This document shows positions 1-10,702 of a DNA stretch of 46,211 nt, piece after piece. The DNA is from Klebsormidium nitens (Eukaryota > Plantae > Klebsormidiophyceae): positions 1 through 46,211 of the forward strand of contig DF237605.1 in the NCBI GenBank assembly GCA_000708835.1, in the 5' to 3' direction. The stretch's first letter is position 1. The number at the start of each line of letters is the position of its first letter. A program made the position numbers and the translations under genes. The notes beneath the pieces are model-generated. The model was not told where the DNA came from. It ran no database searches and saw only the letters and a list, made by a program, of their open reading frames with translations.

Positions 1-510
1 CGTTACAAAGAGACCGACTTCCACGACCTTTAATGTTTTCTTTTTCACCACGTCTTCCGCTCTTACCGGCCTCTTTGCCGTGGCGGGCACCCGGTTTCCC
101 TTGACCGGTCCCCTCGCAAGAAAAGCTCTCTGCTTCCTTACGGTCTCAATCTCCCACAATCCACCACGCTTGACTGCCTCTATACGGACCACGCCGCCTG
201 ACTCAACTTGCGCCGTTCTCCCTTGGAGCACCACACGTGCCCCCGCATCTGCCGCCTTCTCAGAGCAAAAAACTCATCCGCCTCCGGAACGTGCCGGACC
301 TCCTTTAAGGTTACGTACTCACACCGCTCGGGGTCTTACACAAAAGCTCAACGTCTCCGATTCCCACCGCCACCAGAGGCTCACCACAAATCCCCATGAT
401 CTCCTCCTCACGCACAAGCTCTCTTGTAGCTCGATAGAACCTGCTTGTCTAAAACACGTGATTCCGTCAAGAGCGCATCATCAATTGCACCTCCGACTGC
501 CCATCCAGCT
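1..510 (-). mobile_element. Degenerate Ty1/copia LTR-retrotransposon pol fragment (protease / pre-integrase region), frameshifted, runs off the left edge
   Basis: Minus-strand translation across two frameshifts gives GEPLVAVGIGDVELLCKTPSGVST / VTLKEVRHVPEA / KAADAGARVVLQGRTAQVESGGVVRIEAVKRGGLWEIETV. This fits the recalled copia pattern G.G.V.L...V.LK.V..VP...NL.S...L.D.G..V.F.....I......G...GLY.L. A WAV remnant near 490-500 marks the decayed protease motif. No LTR identified. Confidence 0.7.
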
Positions 511-1544
511 CACGGGCTCCCCACGGGCTCTTGATGTGCACTTTTTAAGTGATCCCCTTTCGATCACCTATATAAGTTACCGCGCGCGTATTCGATCGCG
601 ATGACCTAGTCCAAACACTTGTACATGAGTCTAATAAATCAAATGCAAAACTTTGATTTAGCGGTCGGCATTTATGTGATCGGTCGACTGACTCATGCTC
701 AATTCTAAGTTCTTTCAATGCATATAATGCAGATACTACTAGATACAACCGGTTGCGCGGCGAGCTTGCACAAGTTCTGTTGTGCAGCAACCTAGCGTGA
801 CGTTGTCATTATTGCTTGTTTGAGCTGCGTCAACTGAACGAGCTTCGATCAACAAGCCGACAATCATGCAGCTAGGTAAATCAAGGCTACATTAATGGAC
901 ATGTGCATGATAGCCAAAAAGTGCTTATTGTGTGTGCTGGGTAGCCGCGGCCACGTCGGGCCGCATGTCAACCTGCAGCGATCATTCAATTCCCCGTACT
1001 GAGACCAAGTGTAATATCATTTTCATCCGATCCGCATACCGTACATCAAGCAACTATGCCGCTAGATTGAGCACACGCATGCCAAGCTAGTCCAGGAGTT
1101 TGGACTAACTAGGCTTAGTAACGAGCGTTGGCATACCCGAGCTGCAAGCTGTGTGCGCCAGCGAAGTTGCTCAAGCGAAGTTGCTCAGTGAACTGCGCAA
1201 AATGTCAATCTCCACGACCGTCATTCAGGAGCAATTGATCTACGAGTGACGGTATAGCCCGTTCCTTGAACGGTCTAATCAAATTCCATCTGGCAATCAG
1301 GAAGTACAATCTACTGAGACCGACGCAACAGCAGTAGGTCGGTGAAGGGACGAATTCTGATATTAGACATAAGCGCGTGCATGGCAGCCACTGAGCGATT
1401 CTGCGGCAGTGGACCAGCCCTTGCCAAGCAATAATTTGCACCGGTTAAAACTTGGATTCGTCGACGATGTGCCATAAATAACTTACGAAGAGATTGGCAG
1501 CTAACATAAGAGCTGGATATAGACATATCATCAACACGAGCAGT

Positions 1545-4500
1545 TCACAGTTGGTTCCGCTTGAACCTACTCAAAGTTTCGCTAAGCCTTCGCCTACAAC
1601 GACCCCGACCCCACCTCAAAGCTTCTCGACAGACGGCGGCACACACGTTCACAAGGACGGGTAGAAAGAGGGGCATGTAGATGGCCATGTGGTGCTCGCT
1701 TGGGAAGTACAGCAGGGACATGAGCGTCGGGTGGAAGAAGGCGGATTCGGCTTGCGCTCGAGCATTCCTTGCGGCACCTGTCACGAAATACGAAGGGAAA
1801 GATAAAGCTACTCTGCTCGCCATACGTCTCTTCGCTGCATCGGCCAGCTTGCAGAGATGCGGGCTTTCTTTCTCCTCGGTTTGCAACTACGAACGGGACG
1901 ATAATCCGAATTGATAACTTGATCCTAGCAAAGGCACTTCCTCGGCCTCGTCGAAGTTAACCAGAACCAGAACCTCAAACTTGCAAATACTTCATCCTTC
2001 TGCTCAAACTCAAGACCCCGAGCGAGGGAGCGGAGCTCGGGGGCTCACTGGCTGCTGCCTCGTAGCTGCCGGCCAGCATGGCCGTCTGCGCTTCGCCCGC
2101 GGCCGCCAGGGCGCGCGTCACCTGGTCCGCAATGCTGTCGTGGACCACCATGTTGGACAGCGCGGACACCAGCGTGGACAGCGACCGCAGCGTCGACAGG
2201 GCCTCCCGCGTATCGTCGGAGGAGCGCGTCCGCAGCAGGGCGGCAACCTCCCTGGGGAAATAAGGAGACGGCTCAACTTAGATTCTGGACTGAAACGCTA
2301 TGCGTCGAATGGCAAGGGCCGTCATCTTCCAGATTCAGAAGCACAGTTCGCACGGGAAACGACCGTCAGAAAGACCGCGGCCTCAACAATCCTCCAAGAA
2401 CCGAAGTTCATTGGGACCGCTTAAAGACGGTTAGCATTTAGCGTATGCCTCGACGGAATGCACTGCTACTAAGGTCTGTCTGAGAGGCTTCCATTTCCCT
2501 GTTGACAAAAAGGACGGCGCTCGGTCGGACTTCTTTCGAACTGAAACGAGTGCCGTCGGCAGCCTTTCAACTCGATCCATGTGTATGTTGACAATTATTT
2601 CTCAAGCTCATCTTCCCAGGGTCGTCTTTTGCGACTCACCAGCCTGCAAAGCCTTTTGGCCCCGGCGACAGCGTTTGCACTTCGGCAGACCGCTTGGGCG
2701 TCGCAGACAGACCGAACAGGGTGCGCAGCTGGCCGATCTGGATGGCGAGAATTCGGCGCAGCTCGCTGGAGGGGATTGTCCTTGGACCAGTATCCGAGGA
2801 CGCGTTTCTGTAGGAAAACGAACAACTTGAAGACAATCGACCAGGGTTAAAGGGTGTCTGATCCGTCACGAAGTGATAAGAGTTGGGCAGGAATGACGTT
2901 TGGCCAGCCGAAATCAAGAAAATGCTGAAGCATGGCCGAGAACCCGGATCGAGATCGGTTTGCAACATTCTAAATCTGCGGTAAGCAGTCGCTGCGCACT
3001 TTCAAAGGCAATTCAGAGAAGGACACAGGCTGATACGCAAACAGATTTCGCAATGCCAAGCACGCAATGAACTGACTAAAGTGGTAACGAACAGCATTCA
3101 AAATTGCCTCCGGCACAAGGCCCGGAGCGCCCGAGAAGCGAGTCCCCGAAGCCTACCTTGAACACTGCGGAGGGTTCCACACCACGACCCCTCCCCACGA
3201 CGGCACCGTGAACCCGTCCGTCGGGGACAGTTTCCCATTGGGCAGTTTGAAGTGGAGGGGGCACTCGTCTGCCGCGGGGACGTAGACCGCAAAGTGCAGC
3301 AGCTTGGAGCGGCCGGCAGAGGCAACCGACGTGTCCAGGTGCCACTCGTGGGAGTTGACAAAGAAGGGAAGGTCGGAGTGTGGAACGATGTAAGCCTGGT
3401 GCTGAGGATCCCATGTGGGCCGCACCTGGCACGAGACATGGGCTGTTGGAAGCGGGGGAACATCAGGGGTGCAGAATCTCACCGCCTCCTTTTTGTTCAG
3501 CGAACGAACCGTACGGAGGTGCGACGCTGTTTGAAGCGAAGGGATGGTGTGCACTGATTGTTCAGCTATTGAAGGGGTTGTCACAGTCGTCGAAGAGGCT
3601 AAAATCTGTAGGAATCTAGTCGACCTCAGGGGTGCCCCCTTCCTTTGAAAGAAAACCGTCTATTCCCAAGACCAAGACAGCTCCACAATACATTTCCTGG
3701 AAGGGATCAACCAACGTTTAGGAGAACGGCAACATGAGACTCATTGTCTTAGCTCACCTGGCTCCTGGCGTAGTACAGCACCTGGCTTTCCACTGCCAGC
3801 TCAGCGACAGGACTGATAGCCTGCACCAGTGGCGCAAAGATATGCTCTTCCGCTGAGGCGAAGTCCCAGTCAAAGACCCAGTCTGCCGGGTCCGCATTCA
3901 GAAGAGAAAAGGAGAGTAAAGCGGAGCCATCAGCAGCGAACGGCATCGGCCCAGACGGCCTCCTGGCTCGACGCCTCTTTCTTTCACTGACAATTTTGTC
4001 ATCCTTGTTCTGTTTGCTCGCTGGGCTTGCGCCTGGATTGGAGTTGCGTGATGGATTGGGGACCAGCGGCATGGCACCTTGGACCATGTGCTTGGCGGCT
4101 TGCAGTACTTTTGGAGCTACCGTCTCTTCGAAGCTGTCCCCTATAGTGGCTGGTGAATTACTTATCCAAGCATGCCTATGTTTTCCTACGACAGGAGTTG
4201 AACAATGCTCTTCCAAATGCCCAGCTGCTATAGGGTCACTAATCACTATGAATACAGAGTAAGCATTGCTTCCTAGTTCAAAACTGTCTGCGAGCGGGAG
4301 GAGGGTCTCATCTTGCTCGTGCAAACGCAGATTGGACCAAACAGGGGCAGAGAAGCCCCAGCGGAAGTTGCAAAGCCGCTCCTGATGGTTATTGGCAGAC
4401 TTGTGGTACTCTAAGCAGGAAGTAGGACTGATATAAGTCAACCTGGTATCTATCTGCTGCCCATCCTGCTGATCTGCATTACTAACACTGCCTGTGATGG

Positions 4501-5254
4501 GCCCTCCTGACCATGAGCGCTCCTTGCTGAGGCCGCTCAAACTTTGCTGGAGCTTCTCCAGCATGCGGGAAGGGGGACGTCTGTCCTCTTCATTGACGCC
4601 ATTGGTCGAACTCAGTAACAGGACAAGAGACACGATGACAGGAGAATGGACAGGAAGGGGATTGTGTGATGGTTCAAGGTTCAACTTTGGCAGTGGGGCC
4701 CGATGAACTTCAGTCGTCTTCCACCATACTGGGAGCCCTGCAGGGAGAAGTACGCCAGTGCTTCAAGAAGTTACTGCTGCATTGCACTCTCACCACCAAA
4801 CACCGTTCAACTATTCCCTTCCAAGTGGACAAGGGCACAACTCAGAGATAAGAATACAAGGGGCTCAGCGGCACCACTTAGTCAGCAGTACTCCTTGTGC
4901 CTGATTAGAGAGCCACAGCTGAAAGTTAATGCAACACGCTATATCGTGGAAGAAGAGAAGAGCAAACAGAGGTACCCCAGTTTCTCAAGTTGCCCGCTCA
5001 CACATGCACCACCTCTCCATCAGCTGCCTTGAGCACAACTCTGTGTCGACAGAGGTGTGATGATCATGACCATTCAATATAACACTGCAGATGGATGGCA
5101 CGGAGGTTTACCACATTCCTGCTTTTTTTATGGAAGGCTTACCTGAAAACAGACCAATAGCAACAATGAAGGCGACAACAAGGCGTCCGCTGTCCCTGGT
5201 CATGTCCTCAGCTGAGATTGCATCATTCCTTGATTTGGCTCCTCCAGCATCCAT
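1545..5254 (-). CDS. PIGS: GPI transamidase component PIG-S (Gpi17), ~654 aa, 6 exons
   Basis: Exons 5254-5143, 4737-3758, 3425-3157, 2807-2640, 2251-2049, 1777-1545, all GT-AG and phase-consistent. Motifs: N-terminal TM then GLPVWWKTTEVHRAPLP; LSFSLLNADPADWVFDWDF; VESQVLYY; LHFAVYVP; GFTVPSWGGVVVWNP; QLRTLFGL; WEVAALLR; AESAFFHPTLMSLLYFPSEHHMAIYMPLFLPV with C-terminal TM. Confidence 0.93.
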
Positions 5255-5443
5255 CAGAACTGCCCTGCTGTCCCTTCAAGCCTCATTTCGAATTTTCCAT
5301 GACCTGGCACCAATTTCCGCAAGTGCTTTCGCATGAGCTAGAAAAGCATGGTGGCCAAATGAATTGCGCCACACCTTTTCAATGCTGCACACCTCTGCAA
5401 TCTGGATGAGCTAGACCTACTGAGGCTAACGAGAGGAGGATTG

Positions 5444-5452
5444 AAACCCTAA
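5444..5452 (+). promoter_or_regulatory. Telo-box (AAACCCTAA) in the PIG-S/VPS20 divergent intergenic region
   Basis: Exact AAACCCTAA at 5444-5452 between the two start codons (5254 and 5896). The telo-box is a known plant cis-element, but a single 9-mer could be chance. Confidence 0.35.
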
Positions 5453-5895
5453 CTTTTCATGCCAGATCAGGACTGAGCACACCCACTCAAATGATGTGTG
5501 TGAGAGCGATCGAAATTGTCGGAAGATGGCTCTGAAGACCTTGAAGCAGTCGCACAGCTTCAAGACATATCCCGCACAATGCGGCACTGCCTTCAGAAGA
5601 GGATCCGAGGGGTTCCCTCTGAACATTTGTACCTCAAGAGCAGCTCAAAAGTAGCTCAAGTCTCAAGAGCAGCAGAGCAGCAAAGGCTAAAGCGCATAGG
5701 CTGCCAGAAAAGCCGCCAGACAAGCTCAGAGTCAAGCTGCAAAGGGCTGCACTTCGGCACTTCTAACAGGTTTTCTAGTGGACGTAGGCGAACAGTCAGG
5801 CCGCCAGCCCTGATTGCTTGGCGTGCGTTGCAAAGTCTGCAGGGAACATTGTCCTGCCGCTCTTTGGCTAGAAAGAGGAGGTCTGTATATATGCA

Positions 5896-8091
5896 ATGGG
5901 CAATCTTTTCTCCACCAACAAGAAGCGTCAGATCACGGATGTTGACAGGGCGGTGCTGTCATTGAAGACACAGCGGCGAAAATTAGTTGAATATCAGAGA
6001 AAAGTGAGTTGTTCCATACTTATGAATGGGCTCAGGTTGTTCAATCTATCACATACATGCAGCAGCCTGTCTCCATGCTCATATAGTCGCGAGTCACCCA
6101 TTCTATTGGTTAGCAGGGTCGTTTTTGGGTTCCGCAACCCTCAGCGGGACAATTCTGCCCAGCTTGTGAGAGTGGATCGATATTCAATGGTCAAACAGAG
6201 TCTCGCATAGCTTGTTTCAAGGGGAGAATGTTCTCACTTTTGATTGGCACCAAAAGAATCTTGGGGATGAGGTGTAATAACATCAAATACCTCTGAGCAG
6301 GTAGAAAGTGTTATTGAAAGGGAGACGGCCGCGGCCAGGGAGCTCCTGAAAGAGAAGAAGAAGGAGCGGGCGCTGCTGTGTTTGAAGAAGAAAAAGTATC
6401 AGGAGCAACTGCTGCAGAAGGTGGACGCCTGGATCTTCAATGTGGAAGAACAAGTGAGTTTGATCGGACATTGGCTCAGAGTTAGTAGCGTCTGCGACAT
6501 CCCAACTACTTGCCGAGCAGCCCCATTGCTCAGAATCCAAACCTAGGAAGGACAATGCAATCACAAGGGTAAAATCACCCGGCAGTACTTCTTCACAGCA
6601 TTGGGACGGAGTGTCTTGTTTGTTGGTGGATCACAAGACCTGCGCATTTGGAATGCATGTGAACAATCTGCTCACCTTGTGTTTGGCTGTCGAGTTTGAT
6701 TCATCGCAGCCTTGTATTGACCTCTTAGTCTCGTGTGCAGATTACGAATATCGAGGTCGTAGGGCGCCAGAAGGATGTGTTTGACAGCCTCAAGAGTGGC
6801 CACAGCACCATCAAGGAGTTGCAGAGCGAGATCAGCATTGACGACGTACAAAAGCTGATGGATGAGACAGCTGAAGCCAAGGAGTACCAAGATGTACGAG
6901 GCCCCATCCTGACTTCACCACCAAGACTACTCGTCTCACACTTCTTGTCTGCTTCGGATGGGGTCAGGTTTTCAATTGTGGCGTCTGCTTCAACAGCCTC
7001 CTGTTCTTGTGGCCTGACTCCAGTCTCTGGCTAAGTGGTTACTCTCAGGAAGGAGAGCAGGCAGTATCTCGACGCGGACACCTCTACTCTTGAAGTGTGA
7101 CCATCAATGCACCCATGAATCACGGCTCCTGCAGGAGGTCAACCGGATACTTGGCGAAAAGCTCTCATCAATGGAGGAGGACGAAGTGAATGCCGAGTTT
7201 GATAAGCTCGAAGAGGAGGTAGGCTTTCCCCCACTTTCATCTGCTCACACAAACAACCAGTTTCAATTCAATTCTAGGAGGACATTGTGACAAGCAAACT
7301 CTGCCCAGGATCAAGTTTGACGATTTGGGTGTTAGGAGGCTCCAATTCTTCCTTCTCTGTCTCTATTGTTGAGTTTGTTCGGCCAAACATTCCAACGACT
7401 CAAGCTGGCTCGTTGCAGCTCCTCGACGTTGATCTTCCGCCCGTCCCAGTGGTCCCTGAGCAGAAACTTCCGACAGAAGTGGTCGAGGACGAGGAGGAGT
7501 TGCCCGAAGTTCCATCAGAACCAGTCAAGGGTAAGCTCTAGCGGGTCCTAGTAAGGTTTAGCTAGGTGGCCTGTGAAGCGTCCTTCTATTCGGCTGTGGA
7601 TGCGCTTTGTTTGCCTCAGTTTTGGGCCCTGAGAAACAGATGGAATTCCTCATCCTACATGTGAGTTAAAACCGCAGTGTTCAAGTCCTGAAGCCTCTTG
7701 TTTTTTTTGTGAAGTTCGCGGGCCAACGGAAGAGACGACGGAACTACCGGACGTTCCAACGAGACCGGTGAAAGGTAGGCAGCTTTCCAACCCGGTTCAA
7801 TCTCCCAGTTCTGAATTCATTAGCAACTTTGGAACGTTTGCGACATTGCACGATGGCGGATTTAAGGTTGCCTGTCCACAAACAACATGCCACTGAGGTT
7901 TCGGGAATCCTCTCAGATTTTGATGACAAAGAACCGTGTATCAGCAAGGCACGAGAGCTGCGTTTCATTTTTTTGGTAACTTAATCAAAAGGATTTGCGA
8001 AGCATAGGTGCTTGACGGATTACAAACACATAAGCATTTCCTTTCTCTCGCAGAACGTGTGGCTATCAGGGAGGAACCCTTGACCGCGTAA
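5896..8091 (+). CDS. VPS20: ESCRT-III subunit VPS20/CHMP6 (Snf7 family), ~215 aa, 6 exons
   Basis: Exons 5896-6003, 6301-6453, 6741-6893, 7135-7218, 7419-7530, 8054-8091. Myristoylation-type start MGNLFS; [18 protein letters not shown]; [17 protein letters not shown]; [17 protein letters not shown]; MIM2-like ELPEVPSEP; plant-type tail REEPLTA*. Confidence 0.95.
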
Positions 8092-8355
8092 GCTCGCTGA
8101 TGTTAGAGGCTAGCTTTTATTGTATATAGCCCTGTCCAATACCTGATACTTTACCGGAATTTGTTTTTCAAGGAATGTGCTACAGCTGATGGTTTGTGGC
8201 GCGCGACACTTTGATGCATGGACATACATTCAAGTGAATCACTCTGTTGACACCATGAATCCAGGGTTCACTCAGAGCTGATTGAACGGATTTCAGGTGC
8301 CTCTTAGCTTGCAGCAAGTTTCCGTTCTGCAAAAGCTTGAAAGAATCATGGACTT

Positions 8356-8377
8356 ATGCATGGTCATGACCATGCAT
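8356..8377. repeat. Perfect 22-bp palindrome ATGCATGGTCATGACCATGCAT
   Basis: Directly readable; identical to its own reverse complement. Confidence 0.95.
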
Positions 8378-9334
8378 GTAGCCTGGTCATAGTATTGATA
8401 GGGCTCGTGCGATTCACCAGCAGCTGCATGCACTATACAATCTCGCGACAGTGGCCCTTGCAAGAATCATACATATAATTCATGACAACGATGCAGAGCC
8501 GTTTCTTACGACGTTTGCTTGAACATGCCATAGACTTCAGGTGCAATCATATGCGGCCTGGCCAATTGATCCAATCTTGAAAGCAATTGTGGTCCCGGCT
8601 CATGCGCGTACGTTGTTTGGGAATATGACGGTTAGTAGGTACTTTAGCAACAACTGCAAATAATTCAACTGTAAACCGTCTTCATTCATGATCTTATCAC
8701 AAATTATGTATGCTTGCCCAGCAGCTTGAAGTCATCTTTGTCACCTGCTAACTATTTTGAATGTGCTTGAAAGAAAGTTTTGAAGCGTTCAAACAACATG
8801 TACTGCAATATGATGGCCACATGGGCATAGACCTGGCTGCACTTACACCCCCATGCTCTTTCAATCAATGGACCTGATGGCAAGCTGCAGAGTCAATTCA
8901 TTGTACCCCGGTCTCACCGGAGCATTGCCCGATGGCTCAGCGTGGCCCAGGGTTTATAAGAACATGTGACCATGGCATCGAGGTAGATAAGCAACTCAGA
9001 CAATTGTACAGCCTCATTACAAGTGCATAAGCTTCTCCCGACTCGTACGAAAATCACCCCCACTCTGTAGGATTGAATTGCCTCCATGCGAAGGCGTGAT
9101 CCTCCACAATGCTCCACTTGAAGGGTGCTGAAAGTCGACGGTGTATTGTCAAATGCAGCTGATGTGGGCAGCATCTGACTCACATATCAAATTGTACAGT
9201 CCTACTTTGCACGGTCCTTAACGGTTGCTATTATACAAAATGAGTGATCTAAGACAAAAAGAATCGTTCGAGGACCAACATTTGGTCAAACCAAGCAGAC
9301 CATCTTTGTCTCTGCCAGATTCCCACAACTCGAG

Positions 9335-10235
9335 TCACCATCTGCCGGCATTGCCTACTAAAAGGTGTTGAACCGCACAATATGCACATACAAGCCGTTG
9401 GCTCATGTAAACCAACACGGCAAACGACAAACTACAGTAGAAGATATCCTTTGCATCGCCCTTCGTTTGCGGAGTCATGAAGCCCCATGCTTGATCGCTG
9501 AGTGCCTTCATATCAATCTGTAAATGCAGCAAAATGTGAGTTGACAAAGGGTTCCTGATCAGAAAGTTGATCAAGTGTGCCTCCGTAACCAACGCGCCAC
9601 ACCAGAGGGATGCGAGCGTGCTTGCAGCGAAGGGACTGCATTCTGCAATGACAGAATCATCCACCTGGTTCCAAACAGCTAAGCATAGGAGGTAGGTACT
9701 ACTGGCCCCTGGCGGCACAACGCACAACCAAAAATGGCTCATCCAACAAACATCGACTCCTGAGTCTTGTAAGGCCACATCACTGAGGGGGCGATTTAGT
9801 CTTTGCAATAATCCTGGATACGAGGCCAAAATAGCATCTAGTAGACATATCAGCAGCAGAACATTAGACGCAAGTATCGCAATTCTGGTTCTCTCCATGT
9901 TGCTGACCCACCTTGGGCAGCTTGACCTTCTGCATCACAGGCTCTTCCTCGCCTGCTTGTGCGCTTCCTAGTGCTGGATCCGTTGCTTTGAGTGAGGAGG
10001 GTCCGTTCCCCTTGGTTGGCCGCATGCCGTTGGGGACCTTATGCATGCTCCCATGCTTTGAACCCTTTTCTCCTGCCGCATTTCTAATCATTGGTATCCT
10101 CGTTCGACATCGCATGCCACATCTCTGAAGGGCAATACTTTGTGGCCCGCTTGTTAAGGCGTCCTTGCCACCCTTGATAAATGTGCAAAAGGCAGACGAG
10201 CTTTGGGACACGGAAAGCTGGACAGATGCCGCCAT
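9335..10235 (-). CDS. Small putative plastid-targeted single-pass membrane protein of unknown function, ~168 aa, 2 exons
   Basis: Exons 10235-9912 (donor AAG|GTGGGT) and 9517-9335 (acceptor TTTACAG), phase 0. The N-terminus MAASVQLSVSQSSSAFC...RCGMRCRTRIPMIRNAA is Ser/Ala/Arg-rich and transit-peptide-like. The C-terminal exon QAWGFMTPQTKGDAKDIFYCSLSFAVLVYMSQRLVCAYCAVQHLL has one hydrophobic segment. Confidence 0.65.
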
Positions 10236-10702
10236 GACGCCCAAAATGACAGGCGCCACAATTCGACCTGGCCTTCTGCACAGTCTTTCTTCCTAACCTG
10301 GCTCTTAGCGTAGCACGTGTAGCTCAGCACACTGCGTGACTGAGCACCGGACAAGCACGGTCCGGGTCAGAATGGAAGAGAGCGTCGCCACACACGCCTT
10401 GCTGCGGCCCTTTCTGGTCCTGCGCCCAAATATCTTCAGCTCCAATCTTGCAGTTCGTGCACTTTTTGCTTTCCACGTCAGCTGGCGCTCAGTAACCCTA
10501 TTTGTTAACCCTGCACCACAGTCTTGGTACGGTGTGCAAATCACGGTTCATGACCAAGATCTGCGAAACCCTTTTACCCTGAATTTGAAGGCTCCCCTCC
10601 TTCCTTCAAACTTCAATTTCAAAGCATCACATTCATGATCAACAGAACAGTACGTTGAAGTCTCCATTGAATGGCGGTGTCGGTTACCACAGTAGGAAGA
10701 GA

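Noticed and set aside
80-604. 174-aa plus-strand ORF
   Set aside because: Antisense shadow of the purine-rich copia remnant; no ATG start and no recognisable motif.
5516-5965. 149-aa ORF between PIG-S and VPS20
   Set aside because: No recognisable domain; it overlaps the presumed promoter/5'UTR and the VPS20 start out of frame.
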